Source: Rickettsiales bacterium
GTDB lineage: Bacteria; Pseudomonadota; Alphaproteobacteria; Rickettsiales; JABIRX01
Assembly (NCBI GenBank): GCA_018659605.1
Contig: JABJMA010000019.1
Coordinates: 141-64,140, forward strand
Reading direction: 5' to 3'
DNA length: 64,000 bases
The notes below the pieces were generated by a model. It did no database searches. It saw nothing but the letters and a program-made list of their open reading frames with translations, and was not told where the DNA came from. Of this stretch, positions 10,340 through 20,452 are shown one piece after another (within the stretch, counting starts at the first letter, position 1; each line of letters begins with the position of its first letter). A program made the position numbers and the translations under genes.

Positions 10340-10782
10340 ATAGTTATAGTTTTTACCAAATTTCAAAATCCCCATTAGATAAAATTCTACCATCATTGTT
10401 ATATAAAATTTATGCTCAATTGAAAAAACCCATGATGCTTTTAGTTGAAGATAGCGATGTGACAAAATATGATGCATTATTTTGGACATTTTCAACTAAT
10501 AAATTTTTGCCTCATGGCACTGAGGCTAATGATTCAGATTATTATAAATATCTATTAATTACATCTAAGAGCCAAAATATTAATAAATCCGAGATCTTAA
10601 TTGCTAAAGATGAAGTAAGCGAAGAATTCGCACAGAATTTTAAAAAAATCATCTATCTTTTTGATGATAACCATCCAAATCTTGCAAAATTCAAAGATAA
10701 ATACCAGCAAGAAAAACAAAACAAACCCAAAAATACGTTGTTCTGGCAACAAGATGAAAAAGGTAAATGGGCTAATAAATAA
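10336..10782 (+). CDS. holC: DNA polymerase III chi subunit
   Basis: N-terminus FYQIS...MMLLVED...YDALFWTFSTNKFLPHG matches the HolC pattern. The start overlaps the upstream stop. Confidence 0.7.
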   Translation: MNSYSFYQISKSPLDKILPSLLYKIYAQLKKPMMLLVEDSDVTKYDALFWTFSTNKFLPHGTEANDSDYYKYLLITSKSQNINKSEILIAKDEVSEEFAQNFKKIIYLFDDNHPNLAKFKDKYQQEKQNKPKNTLFWQQDEKGKWANK

Positions 10783-10787
10783 AGTCA

Positions 10788-10816
10788 TTAGGGTTGCCCC
10801 GTGTGTCCGACCCTAG
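10788..10816. repeat. Short GC-rich hairpin/inverted repeat just after the holC stop
   Basis: TTAGGGTTG-CCCCGTGTGTC-CGACCCTAG. The arms TAGGGT/ACCCTA pair. It may be a mini-member of the GC-rich element family or a terminator hairpin. Confidence 0.4.
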
Positions 10817-10834
10817 TTTATTATAAGATTTATT

Positions 10835-13800
10835 ATGCAAGCAACAAATCCTCATAATTCATTTTTTATTTCAGCCAATGCTGGGTCTGGTAAGACTAAG
10901 ATCTTAATTGATAGGATTACGGCTTTGATTTTATCTGGAGCTAAGCCGCAGGAGATTTTGGCAATTACTTTTACTAATAATGCAGCTGCTGAGATTAGGG
11001 CCAGAATTATTAAAAACATTATCAGTATTTTTATTTCCGATGATGAAACTCAAATCAAGTTGTTAACAGAGTTACTTGGTCATAAACCAGAAGATTTTCA
11101 TCTTAAGAATTTAGCTGATATTAAACAAGATATCTTAATTGGCTCAGCTAAGTTTAATATTCAAACCATTCATAGCTTCTCCCTAGAATTATTACGGAAT
11201 TATAGTTACGAAGCAGAGTTGCGTCCAGGATTTGCTGTAATGAGTGATGTAGATTCAAGCAAAATCATTGGTGATATTATTAGAAATACATACTCCAAGC
11301 CGGAACTTACGGAGAATTTTAATTATTTGGCATCACGTATTTCGTTAGAAGCAATATCAGAGAATCTAAAGCTTATAACTGATAAAAGAACAAATATCTT
11401 ATATTTACTATTTAAGGCAGGGAATTTAACGAATCAATTTGCTAATTTACGCAAGCTATTAGGGCTTCCTGAAATATTGCCAAATATCACTAATTTAAAA
11501 CGTGATTTTTTAATGCAGTCAGATTTGCAAGAGTTAATAAGAAATATAACAAATATTCATAGTGATCGATTGGGTAAGACTGATCAAGATAAGCTAAATA
11601 TACTCAAAGGTTTGAAATTTGATAATGATTTAACCATAAGGCAAAGTTTTGTTAAAATTAAAGATTTCTTTTGTACAAAACTAGGAACTCTTAGAGTTAA
11701 CTTCTTCTCAAAGAAAATATTTGATTTATTACCTGGTGTTGATCAGGAAATTGATATAATTGCACATGAATATCTTGAGTTGGCTGAATATTTAGCAAAA
11801 ATTGATGCATTTGAAATTAACAAGCGATTAATCGAAATAGCGGTATTATTACTAGATGAATATCGGCAGTTTAAGCAATCTCAAAATCTGTTAGATTATG
11901 AAGATATTCTATTAAAGGCATTAATTATTCTTAGCAGCAACAATAATCATAATATTAATTACCAGTTAAATTTAATTAAGCATATTTTAGTTGATGAGGC
12001 TCAGGACACATCAATTATTCAGTGGGAAATTATTGACTATCTTTATAATGATTTCCTGGCCGGTGGATTAAGTAAGACTGTTTTTATAGTGGGTGATGAG
12101 AAACAATCTATTTACGGATTTCAGGGCGCCAGGCACGAATTATTCAAACAAAAATATGATGAATTATCTAAAGGATTAGCACTATCTGGTGCTAAGCTTA
12201 TTAAATTAGACTTAGTTAAATCTTATCGAAGTAGCTCTGGTATAATAAACTTTGTAAACTTATTTTGTCAGAATGCTGCTATTAAAGATTCCTTAACACA
12301 GTTTAACATTGATCTAATTCATAATGCCCACCGGAATTCTAATTATTTATTTAAGTTATTACCATTTTGTAAAAAGGAATTCTCAAGGAGAAGCGAAAAG
12401 AAATTAGAGTTTCCAAAGTCTCCAATAGCCAAAGAGTCTAATTGTAACAAAGCTATAGAACAGATAATTTCTGAAATAACTAGATTAGTTACTGGTAATT
12501 ATTACTTAGAATCAACGAAAAGAAATGCTCGATATGAGGATATATTAATTTTATTTCCAAGACGAAATGAGTTCTTCTATGAGTTATATCAAGCATTAAA
12601 TGATCAGTCTATTGCTGTAAGTCTGGATGGTTTACGAGTTGTTGATAGAGATATTATATTTTTAGATTATTTGGCATTAATTAGATTTAGCTATATGCCT
12701 TGCGATGATTATAATTTAGCATGCTTACTTAAATCATCTTTATTTAATTTTGATGATCAGTTGTTGGAAAAGTTGTGTAGTTACTTAAATGACGATAATC
12801 TTTCAAAATCTTTATATGATATTATTGTCAATGAGATTTATGATTGGACTGCTGAAGCAAGCTCTGTGCTAAATGTCATTATTGATAAAAGTCGCTATTT
12901 ATCGCCCTATGATTTTTGTCTTAATCTTACTCATCATTTTGATTTATTTAACGCATATGATGATGAGTTTGCAGGTGATAGCAAAATACGCGTTGGTCAA
13001 ATTTTAGATTTAATTAAAGAGTTTGGGAATTGCTATGGGAGCTCATATCATGAGATTTATCAGGCTTTGATTCGACATGATTTGGCAATTAAAAATACCG
13101 GAGCTAGTAATAGTATCCGCCTTATGTCTATTCATGGTTCGAAAGGTCTAGAGGCGCCAATTGTGATCTTAGCAGATAGTAATAGCCGCGTAAGTTTAAA
13201 TAAGGATAAGCTTTATTTTACTGGCGATAATTTACTATTTACGACTGGTTCTTCTAGCTTTCCTGAGAAGACAGCTGCTATATCAGAGCATAATGAGCGA
13301 CTTGAGGCAGAATTTAGACGTCTAAATTATGTAGCTTTAACACGAGCTAAAGATGCTTTGATAATTGCAGGTAATGGAAGCTCAGTAATAGAAGGTAGTT
13401 TATATAATGTTATGGCCGAAGAATTGTCAAATAAGACAGATATCTCACTGATTGAGATTTATGATGAAGGGTATAAGGATTCAAACCTCGAGCAAAGAAC
13501 GCCTGTCGATAATTATGTAGAGATTCCCCCAGATCTCATAGAGACTCAAAGTAGAAAAATAGTAGCTAATAATATAGCTGAAGATTATCATAAGATATTA
13601 GGTATTATCATTCATAATATTTTAGATGATCTACAAATAATTAAAGTAGAAGATAGAAAGGATTTTATTAACTATCAACTTGATAAGCAAAGCGATCAGA
13701 TCCTAGAAGAGGATAAGGTAATTTTCAGAAGAGTGTTAATAGAAATTATCTCTGATCCACAATTTGAATACTTATTTGCAGCAAATAACCATGATGAGGT

Positions 13801-14038
13801 AGAATTAATTTATAAACAAAAATTACTTCGAATTGATAAATTTATAGAGAGTGAAGAATATATAGAAATTATTGATTATAAAACAGATATGGAATTACCT
13901 GCAAACATTAATGAAGTTAGAAGTGAGTATAGAGATCAAATGGCTCTCTATAGGGAGGCTATAGCACCACATTATCCAGAGAAGAAGATTAAGAAAACTT
14001 TATTTTATCTACGGCATAAACGTTTTGTGTCTTTATAA
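10835..14038 (+). CDS. addA: AddA-type double-strand-break repair helicase/nuclease (UvrD/REP superfamily)
   Basis: Walker A ANAGSGKT, helicase blocks VDEAQDTS and GDEKQSIYGFQGA, and a C-terminal PD-(D/E)XK-like RIDKF...IIDYKTD. No addB gene is adjacent. Confidence 0.8.
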   Translation: MQATNPHNSFFISANAGSGKTKILIDRITALILSGAKPQEILAITFTNNAAAEIRARIIKNIISIFISDDETQIKLLTELLGHKPEDFHLKNLADIKQDILIGSAKFNIQTIHSFSLELLRNYSYEAELRPGFAVMSDVDSSKIIGDIIRNTYSKPELTENFNYLASRISLEAISENLKLITDKRTNILYLLFKAGNLTNQFANLRKLLGLPEILPNITNLKRDFLMQSDLQELIRNITNIHSDRLGKTDQDKLNILKGLKFDNDLTIRQSFVKIKDFFCTKLGTLRVNFFSKKIFDLLPGVDQEIDIIAHEYLELAEYLAKIDAFEINKRLIEIAVLLLDEYRQFKQSQNLLDYEDILLKALIILSSNNNHNINYQLNLIKHILVDEAQDTSIIQWEIIDYLYNDFLAGGLSKTVFIVGDEKQSIYGFQGARHELFKQKYDELSKGLALSGAKLIKLDLVKSYRSSSGIINFVNLFCQNAAIKDSLTQFNIDLIHNAHRNSNYLFKLLPFCKKEFSRRSEKKLEFPKSPIAKESNCNKAIEQIISEITRLVTGNYYLESTKRNARYEDILILFPRRNEFFYELYQALNDQSIAVSLDGLRVVDRDIIFLDYLALIRFSYMPCDDYNLACLLKSSLFNFDDQLLEKLCSYLNDDNLSKSLYDIIVNEIYDWTAEASSVLNVIIDKSRYLSPYDFCLNLTHHFDLFNAYDDEFAGDSKIRVGQILDLIKEFGNCYGSSYHEIYQALIRHDLAIKNTGASNSIRLMSIHGSKGLEAPIVILADSNSRVSLNKDKLYFTGDNLLFTTGSSSFPEKTAAISEHNERLEAEFRRLNYVALTRAKDALIIAGNGSSVIEGSLYNVMAEELSNKTDISLIEIYDEGYKDSNLEQRTPVDNYVEIPPDLIETQSRKIVANNIAEDYHKILGIIIHNILDDLQIIKVEDRKDFINYQLDKQSDQILEEDKVIFRRVLIEIISDPQFEYLFAANNHDEVELIYKQKLLRIDKFIESEEYIEIIDYKTDMELPANINEVRSEYRDQMALYREAIAPHYPEKKIKKTLFYLRHKRFVSL

Positions 14039-14055
14039 TATATCGTTGATATAAT

Positions 14056-14109
14056 GCCTTCCCGCCTGTCTCTCTTGCATCCGGGCAACCACAAAGGCTC
14101 ATCCCCACG
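14056..14109. repeat. Degenerate GC-rich intergenic element
   Basis: GC-rich island between the convergent genes addA and the S1-domain gene. It shares CTTCCCGCCT and TCCGGGC blocks with the element at 18565-18634. Confidence 0.4.
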
Positions 14110-14114
14110 ACATA

Positions 14115-14948
14115 TTAATCCACAATTTTTACCAATCCATCTTCAATAAGAATTTTCTGCTCTGAATATAATTTACCAAGAGCTTTCTTATAGTTGGATT
14201 TGCTAACTTTAAATGTTTGAAAAATTAAATCAGGAGAGCTTTTGTCGGTCAGATCAGATGATCCACCTTCATCGTTTATAAACTCTAATATATTTTGTGA
14301 TAGTTCATTGACCACAATCTCGCCTCGTTCTTGCAGGCTTAAATTTATTCTATCATCTTCGCGTATTTTTCTGACATAACCTACTGATTTAGCACCAATA
14401 TTGATTGGTTGCAATAATTCACTATTATGAAGCAAGCCAAGATGAGTATCGTTAATAACAGCTTTGTAGCCTAAGTCACTACGACTAACAATCTGTAGGT
14501 CAACCTTTTCATCTTCGATGAATGTGCCATGGTTTTCTTCCTCTAAATATCGACTTAGCTTACTACTGGCGCTAATACGCCCAGTAGCGTCAATAAACAA
14601 AAACACACTATAGGATTTCCCTTTGAGCATTGGAATGCGTTGCTCCTTAAATGGGACTAGAAGATCTTTTGCCAAACCCCAATCCAAGAATGCACCAAAA
14701 CTACCCGTATCTACAACTTCTAAATGTGCTGTTTTTCCAATTTCAACATATGGTTTTTCTGTTGTAGCGATAATTCTATCTTCAGAATCAAGATAAATAA
14801 AAACTTCTAATTCATCGCCAATTTCAGCATTCTTTGGGGCATAACGTTTTGGTAATAAAATATTATCTTCATTCTCATCATCAAGGTAAAGTCCAAAATC
14901 AACCTGTTTGGTAACAATCAGTTTATTTGTTTTACCAATCTCAACCAT
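14115..14948 (-). CDS. S1-like RNA-binding domain protein (CvfB/YitL family)
   Basis: Tandem S1-like barrel segments followed by a C-terminal winged-helix-like tail (KSNYKKALGKLY), as in the CvfB/YitL family. Confidence 0.7.
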   Translation of the reverse strand: MVEIGKTNKLIVTKQVDFGLYLDDENEDNILLPKRYAPKNAEIGDELEVFIYLDSEDRIIATTEKPYVEIGKTAHLEVVDTGSFGAFLDWGLAKDLLVPFKEQRIPMLKGKSYSVFLFIDATGRISASSKLSRYLEEENHGTFIEDEKVDLQIVSRSDLGYKAVINDTHLGLLHNSELLQPINIGAKSVGYVRKIREDDRINLSLQERGEIVVNELSQNILEFINDEGGSSDLTDKSSPDLIFQTFKVSKSNYKKALGKLYSEQKILIEDGLVKIVD

Positions 14949-14956
14949 AGATCTTA

Positions 14957-15760
14957 TTATTCTAAGATCTTATCAGTATTGATCAAGATAATCTTACGGT
15001 CATTCAAAGGCTGAATAGGCCGTGCATTATCACCCATTATCGATATAAATTTGTCAATTTGCTCTTTTGATAAAGTAATAGGATCCTTTAAAATGTTCCA
15101 AAGCACATTCTCTGAACATGGCGGTGTAGTTAATGAGCTAGAAAATTGGTAATGGGAACCATTTATAGGTAATAAGTCAGAAGCGTTAATCTCAACATTA
15201 TCTAATCTAACAACTTTATGTTTTGTATCCGGAACATTATTTAAAATTGTTGAAATTGTTGAATTAGCCTCACCTTCTTCAATGAATACAGCTAAAACTG
15301 CAATATCTCCATCTGCATTTGTATGGACTAAGTGTATCACCATTGGATGTGCTACTCCATTTATATGATGCTCACTTGGAGTATGGAAATGAAATTGTAC
15401 TAATTTATATATAGAGGCTCCAATTTTTAAATAACTATCTGAGTTATATTTTATCTTAATAGTTTCGCCATTATTAATAATGGCTAAAGGAGTATTTTGA
15501 TATTTTTGTTGAAGTGTATTTGCCTTTGCAGATATGGTATCTGCTGTAATTATATTAATCGGAGATTGACTTGTTCCGTCAGAACATAATGTGTATTCAT
15601 CAGATAAACTGTGCCAAAATTCTGGTCCGGTATTACCTTCATAGGACCATGAATTATGTTTTTTTGTGTTTTCAGATTCATGTTTTATTTTGAAATAGAG
15701 CGTCGAAATACCGATAACTGGAATTAAGATTATTAAACTTATAATAATTAATTTTTTCAT
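14957..15760 (-). CDS. Alpha-class carbonic anhydrase, secreted
   Basis: Signal peptide, WSYEG..GPEFW, QSPINI, His-triad region QFHFHTPSEHHINGV...MVIHLVH, and TTPPCSE. Confidence 0.85.
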   Translation of the reverse strand: MKKLIIISLIILIPVIGISTLYFKIKHESENTKKHNSWSYEGNTGPEFWHSLSDEYTLCSDGTSQSPINIITADTISAKANTLQQKYQNTPLAIINNGETIKIKYNSDSYLKIGASIYKLVQFHFHTPSEHHINGVAHPMVIHLVHTNADGDIAVLAVFIEEGEANSTISTILNNVPDTKHKVVRLDNVEINASDLLPINGSHYQFSSSLTTPPCSENVLWNILKDPITLSKEQIDKFISIMGDNARPIQPLNDRKIILINTDKILE

Positions 15761-15828
15761 ATTATTTTACCTACTTCCTAACATTAAACAAAATCTAACT
15801 ATACCAAAATAATGTATATATTGCAAAT

Positions 15829-16482
15829 TTAATTATCAATACATCCAAATTGAACTGCTTCGGCTAGAGCCTTGCTTCTTAATGATTCACTAATGGTTGT
15901 TTGATTACTAACTAATAATGTAAATCCTTCACATGCCTCCTTTTCCTTGCCTAAAAAGCCTAGCACTACTGACATCTTAAACAAGGAATCAAGATAACGC
16001 TCATTATCAGGGTATTTTTGATATGAAATCAGATAATATTCAAGTGCGTCTGTATAATCCTTTCGTTTATAATGAATTTCGCCTTTCCAAAAATAAACTT
16101 CACCTAATTTATCATCCTCAGGATATTTCTCTATATATAAATCAAATGCTCTTTCTGCACGATTTATTTTATTATTAACGATTTGATTATAGGCATATTG
16201 ATACTCGGAATTTTTTGCTTTTTGAGTAAATAAATTATTAGTATCTTCATCTGTCTTGCCAACTATATTTAATAGTCTTTTTTGAAGATGTTCTATTTGC
16301 TCAAAGCGATCTTTTAGATCTGAAATTTCTAATTCCATATCATGTAATTTAGTTTCTAGCTTTAAAATAACTAGATCTTTTTCAATCAGGGTATTTTCTT
16401 CATATAATTCTAATTCAACTTTTTCTGCCATTGCAGCAGGTGTAAGAACTAATATTAATATATAAGTTAGAAATATTCTCAC
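15829..16482 (-). CDS. ybgF: Tol-Pal system protein YbgF/CpoB
   Basis: Signal peptide, coiled coil, then TPR-like C-terminus. It lies immediately downstream of pal. Confidence 0.7.
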   Translation of the reverse strand: MRIFLTYILILVLTPAAMAEKVELELYEENTLIEKDLVILKLETKLHDMELEISDLKDRFEQIEHLQKRLLNIVGKTDEDTNNLFTQKAKNSEYQYAYNQIVNNKINRAERAFDLYIEKYPEDDKLGEVYFWKGEIHYKRKDYTDALEYYLISYQKYPDNERYLDSLFKMSVVLGFLGKEKEACEGFTLLVSNQTTISESLRSKALAEAVQFGCIDN

Positions 16483-16497
16483 TACCTAATCCACCAG

Positions 16498-17010
16498 TTA
16501 TTTTATGGTCAAATCACATCGACGATTTTCCTTATAAGCTTTTTCATCATTATCGGCTTTTATTGGCCTTTCTTCACCATAGCTTATAGTTTGAATCCTT
16601 GATTTTGAAATATTCTCATCAATGAGAAAGTTTTTTACTGCAATAGCTCTTTTCTCTCCAAGGATTAGGTTGTAATCTTTGGTACCCCTTGAATCGCAAT
16701 GGCCAGCAATAACAATAGATGATCTTTTATCCTCTCTTAAAGATTTTGCAGCTTTACTAAGATCTTTTTTAGCTTGGCTTGATAGCTGGTAACTATCAAA
16801 TTCAAAGTTAATCTTGTTGATATCTATTTTGACTATAGGTAATTTTTTAAATGGTTTTTTTATAGTCATTGAGACTTTCTCAACTAAATCTTTGCTAACT
16901 TCTATTGCTGTAGTACTATTAGTTTTTGGTTGAGTCTCAATGTTATCAGCCTTCTTAGCGCAGGACATAACTAAGCAGATGGATAGTATTATAGATAAGT
17001 ATTTAGACAT
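16498..17010 (-). CDS. pal: Peptidoglycan-associated lipoprotein Pal (OmpA family)
   Basis: Lipobox LVMSC and an OmpA-like C-terminal domain (FEFDSYQL, GHCDSRGTKDYNLILGEKRA). The ORF extends to 17049, but the Met at 17010 (MSKYLSIIL...) gives a canonical lipoprotein signal. Confidence 0.8.
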   Translation of the reverse strand: MSKYLSIILSICLVMSCAKKADNIETQPKTNSTTAIEVSKDLVEKVSMTIKKPFKKLPIVKIDINKINFEFDSYQLSSQAKKDLSKAAKSLREDKRSSIVIAGHCDSRGTKDYNLILGEKRAIAVKNFLIDENISKSRIQTISYGEERPIKADNDEKAYKENRRCDLTIK

Positions 17011-17083
17011 TGGTTTTCCAAAATTTGTTGCTATCATTAAACAACACAATTATCTATAATGTTCAAGAGATTAATCAAAACTT

Positions 17084-18568
17084 ATGTATAAATCATTACG
17101 TGATTTTCTAGATATTCTTAGAAAATCTAATCAACTCATTGAGATCGATGAAATAATCGATAGCAATTTAGAAATTACTGAACTTCATAGACAGGTATTA
17201 CATAAGAGAGGGCCAGCTTTATTACTCAATAATGTCATGCATAATGGCAAAAAATCCAAAATACCCGTACTTGTAAATTTATTTGGTCATATTGATCGTA
17301 TCGCCCTTGGTATGAATACTGATAAAGAAGGTATAAAAGCCATTGGTGAAGACTTGGCAACACTTCGTCAGCCTATACCGCCATCTGGATTTAAAGAGGC
17401 GGTAGGTATGTTACCGCTTGTTAAAAAGCTTTTAACTATGAAGCCAAATATAGTTAAAAAGGCGGCTTGTCAGGAAGTGGTTTTAACTGGCGATGATGTT
17501 GATCTTAACATATTGCCAATTCAAACCTGTTGGCCAGGAGATAAAGCTCCGCTTATGACTTGGCCTTTGGTTATCACTAAAGGACCAGAGCCAAAAGAAG
17601 ATAAAACAGATGATTATAATTTAGGCATTTACAGGATGCAGCAACTAAATGAAAATCAAATGATAATGCGTTGGCTTAAGCATCGAGGAGGCGCGACCCA
17701 ATATCAAAGATGGTCGGATAAAAAAGATGCATCCTTTCCAGCCGCGATTGCAATTGGGGCAGACCCGGGCACGATCCTTGCCGCGGTGAGTCCAATCCCT
17801 GATAATTTATCTGAATATAAATTTGCAGGTTTGCTTAGAGGCGCTGGAGTGGATCTGGTAAAATGTAAAACCAATGATTTGTTAGTTCCTGCCAATGCTG
17901 AAATTATCTTAGAGGGCAGTGTGTCACTTTCTGATTATGCAGATGAAGGACCATTTGGTGATCATACGGGTTATTATAATTCAGTTGAGAAATTTCCAGT
18001 TTTTACCATATCAGCCATTACAATGCGCAGGGATCCTATTTACCTATCCACTTATACCGGGCGTCCGCCAGATGAGCCATCTGTTTTGGGTGAAGCGATG
18101 AATATAATGTTTAACCCAATCTTAAAGCAGCAATTTCCTGAGATTGTAGATTTTTATTTGCCGCCTGAAGCATGCTCATATCGAACAGCTGTGGTATCAA
18201 TTAAAAAAGCATATGCCGGGCATAGTAAAAGAATTATGATGGGTATTTGGAGTTTCTTACGCCAATTCACTTATACAAAATTTATTATTGTCGTGGATGA
18301 GGATATTGATGTGAAGAGTTGGGAAGATGTTATGTGGGCGATCTCAACTAGGATGGATTATCATCGCGATGTCACAATTATCGAAAATACCCCAATTGAT
18401 TACCTAGATTTTGCCTCCCCTGAAGAGGGCCTGGGTAGTAAAATGGGCTTTGATGCCACAAATAAAATCTATCCTGAAACAAAGCGTGAATGGGGTCGAA
18501 AAATGGAGATGACTCCAGAAATAACTAGTAAGATAAGTAAGGTTATAGATGAATTGAAATTGGTGTAG
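17084..18568 (+). CDS. ubiD: UbiD-family decarboxylase (4-hydroxy-3-polyprenylbenzoate decarboxylase)
   Basis: 494 aa, collinear with UbiD (NLGIYRMQ, GPFGDHTGYY). The TAG stop lies in the left terminus of the repeat at 18565-18634. Confidence 0.9.
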   Translation: MYKSLRDFLDILRKSNQLIEIDEIIDSNLEITELHRQVLHKRGPALLLNNVMHNGKKSKIPVLVNLFGHIDRIALGMNTDKEGIKAIGEDLATLRQPIPPSGFKEAVGMLPLVKKLLTMKPNIVKKAACQEVVLTGDDVDLNILPIQTCWPGDKAPLMTWPLVITKGPEPKEDKTDDYNLGIYRMQQLNENQMIMRWLKHRGGATQYQRWSDKKDASFPAAIAIGADPGTILAAVSPIPDNLSEYKFAGLLRGAGVDLVKCKTNDLLVPANAEIILEGSVSLSDYADEGPFGDHTGYYNSVEKFPVFTISAITMRRDPIYLSTYTGRPPDEPSVLGEAMNIMFNPILKQQFPEIVDFYLPPEACSYRTAVVSIKKAYAGHSKRIMMGIWSFLRQFTYTKFIIVVDEDIDVKSWEDVMWAISTRMDYHRDVTIIENTPIDYLDFASPEEGLGSKMGFDATNKIYPETKREWGRKMEMTPEITSKISKVIDELKLV

Positions 18569-18634
18569 GGGCGGGGTTCTTCCCCCGCCTTTGGGCGACC
18601 TCGATATTTCCGGGCGGCGAGACCCTGCCTCTAC
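18565..18634. repeat. GC-rich terminal-inverted-repeat element (70 bp)
   Basis: GTAGGGGCGGGG...GCCTCTAC termini. An internal hairpin GGCGGGG-TTCTTC-CCCCGCC is present. This is the best-preserved family member. Confidence 0.7.
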
Positions 18635-18705
18635 GATATAATTATTTTTATTTGTATATTAATTTCTATAATTTAATCCTTGAACATCTTCTACGGTAAA
18701 AAAAT

Positions 18706-18999
18706 ATGCTAAATATAAACCCATTCATAAATCTAATTTCATCGATTTTATCGATTTACTCATTTCTGCTATTTGTCTATATAATCATGTATTACCTATC
18801 ACATTTCAGCGTTATAAACCGTTATAGTCCAATTGTGATTAGGATAAATAGATTTTTAGTCGGACTTATTGAGCCGGTATTACGCAAAATACGTGTCTAT
18901 ATTCCATCAATTGCTGGCATTGATATCTCAATGATAGCGCTTTTTCTGTTGATCCATTTTACCCGCGATTCACTCTATACTTATTTTTATACTTATTAA
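18706..18999 (+). CDS. YggT family membrane protein
   Basis: 97 aa with two hydrophobic segments flanking the LIEPVLRKIRVYIPSIAGIDIS block typical of YggT. Confidence 0.6.
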   Translation: MLNINPFINLISSILSIYSFLLFVYIIMYYLSHFSVINRYSPIVIRINRFLVGLIEPVLRKIRVYIPSIAGIDISMIALFLLIHFTRDSLYTYFYTY

Positions 19000-19280
19000 G
19001 TACTTTGGAAGTTACTTAGCCTATGAAATAGTATAGTATTTTGATTTTGTCTTATTGCCATTTGTTGTAAAAATCCTACTGGAAAATCGTTTATATTTTG
19101 TAGGTCATATTGTATTAGCTTGCTTTCTCGTCTATTAGGTAACTTATCATTTTCCCATTCAATTTTGGTAAGGGCTGGGCTTATATAGCTTTAATTCTAA
19201 TGTGATAATTCCGATTTGTTGTTAGATTCACTTCACATTTAAGCAAGTTAGGCTTATATATTGAGGCAAAAGAGTTTTAT

Positions 19281-20276
19281 ATGAATTTTCAATATCCATT
19301 ACATAGAATGAGGAGAAATAGATCGGATAAATGGATTCGTGACCTTGTTTCTGAATCCTCACTTTCGGCAAATGATTTAATACAGCCGTTATTTGTGATT
19401 GAGGGTAATAATCGTAAAGAGAAAATAGAAACTTTGCCGGGTATCTATCGCTTCTCATTAGACCAGTTACTTAAGGAAGTTGAAAAAGTAGCCAAGATAG
19501 GCATTCCAGCAATTGCAATTTTTCCTTATGTTGAACAAGAACTTAAAACAGCAGGTTGTGAAGAAAGTTTTAATCCTGATAATTTGATTTGCCGAACCCT
19601 GCGAGCCGTAAAGAAAAATTTCCCTGAAATTGGCTTAATTGCAGATGTAGCATTAGATCCTTATAATATTCATGGTCATGATGGACTCCTTAAAGATGGC
19701 AAAGTCCTTAATGATGAGACAATAGATATTTTGGTAAAGCAATCTTTAGTACAGGCAGATAGTGGTGCTGATATCATTGCACCATCAGATATGATGGATG
19801 GTAGAGTTAGAAGGATTCGTGAAGCTCTAGAAGATCATAATTTTCAAGATACTAAGATTTTGGCTTATACGGCTAAATATGCTTCAAGCTTATATGGACC
19901 ATTCCGCGATGCCGTTGGTTCTGCAGGAAATTTAATTAGTGACAAGAAAACTTATCAGATGGATTTTAAAAATTCAGGTGAAGCTGTTTTTGAGGCGGGG
20001 CTAGATATTGAGGAAGGTGCGGATATGCTAATGGTAAAACCAGCTACTTTTTACTTAGATATAATTGCAAAAATTAAACAGACTTATAATTTGCCAATAT
20101 TTGCATTCCAGGTTAGTGGTGAGTTTGCGATGATGAAATATGCTAAACAAAATGGCATAGTAAATCATTATGAAGATTTGCTCTATGAGTCTCTCATAGC
20201 CTGTAAGCGCGCTGGCAGTAGTGTTATACTATCCTATGGTGCTTATGATATAGCACTAAAATTGGATAATTATTAA
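19281..20276 (+). CDS. hemB: Porphobilinogen synthase (delta-aminolevulinate dehydratase)
   Basis: Collinear with HemB. Blocks DVALDPYNIHGHDG, MVKPA and FQVSGEFAMM are present. Confidence 0.92.
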   Translation: MNFQYPLHRMRRNRSDKWIRDLVSESSLSANDLIQPLFVIEGNNRKEKIETLPGIYRFSLDQLLKEVEKVAKIGIPAIAIFPYVEQELKTAGCEESFNPDNLICRTLRAVKKNFPEIGLIADVALDPYNIHGHDGLLKDGKVLNDETIDILVKQSLVQADSGADIIAPSDMMDGRVRRIREALEDHNFQDTKILAYTAKYASSLYGPFRDAVGSAGNLISDKKTYQMDFKNSGEAVFEAGLDIEEGADMLMVKPATFYLDIIAKIKQTYNLPIFAFQVSGEFAMMKYAKQNGIVNHYEDLLYESLIACKRAGSSVILSYGAYDIALKLDNY

Positions 20277-20278
20277 TT

Positions 20279-20340
20279 TAGGGGTCACGTCCTCCCACAC
20301 CCGCCTTTATCATACTGGTGGTACTAGAGCGGGAGGGACC
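20279..20340. repeat. GC-rich hairpin element after hemB
   Basis: TAGGGGTCAC start. A long imperfect hairpin forms from GTCCTCCCACACCCGC...GCGGGAGGGAC. It shares CCCGCCTTT with the 18565 element. Confidence 0.5.
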
Positions 20341-20452
20341 TTGTTTCTCCAAGATGTACAATTTGGTATTTCACTCTAGTTGTTTGACTTTTTCTATATT
20401 TGCGCTATAATTACGGAAGTTTTTTAATTTAATTTAAAATTATAGTTACTGC

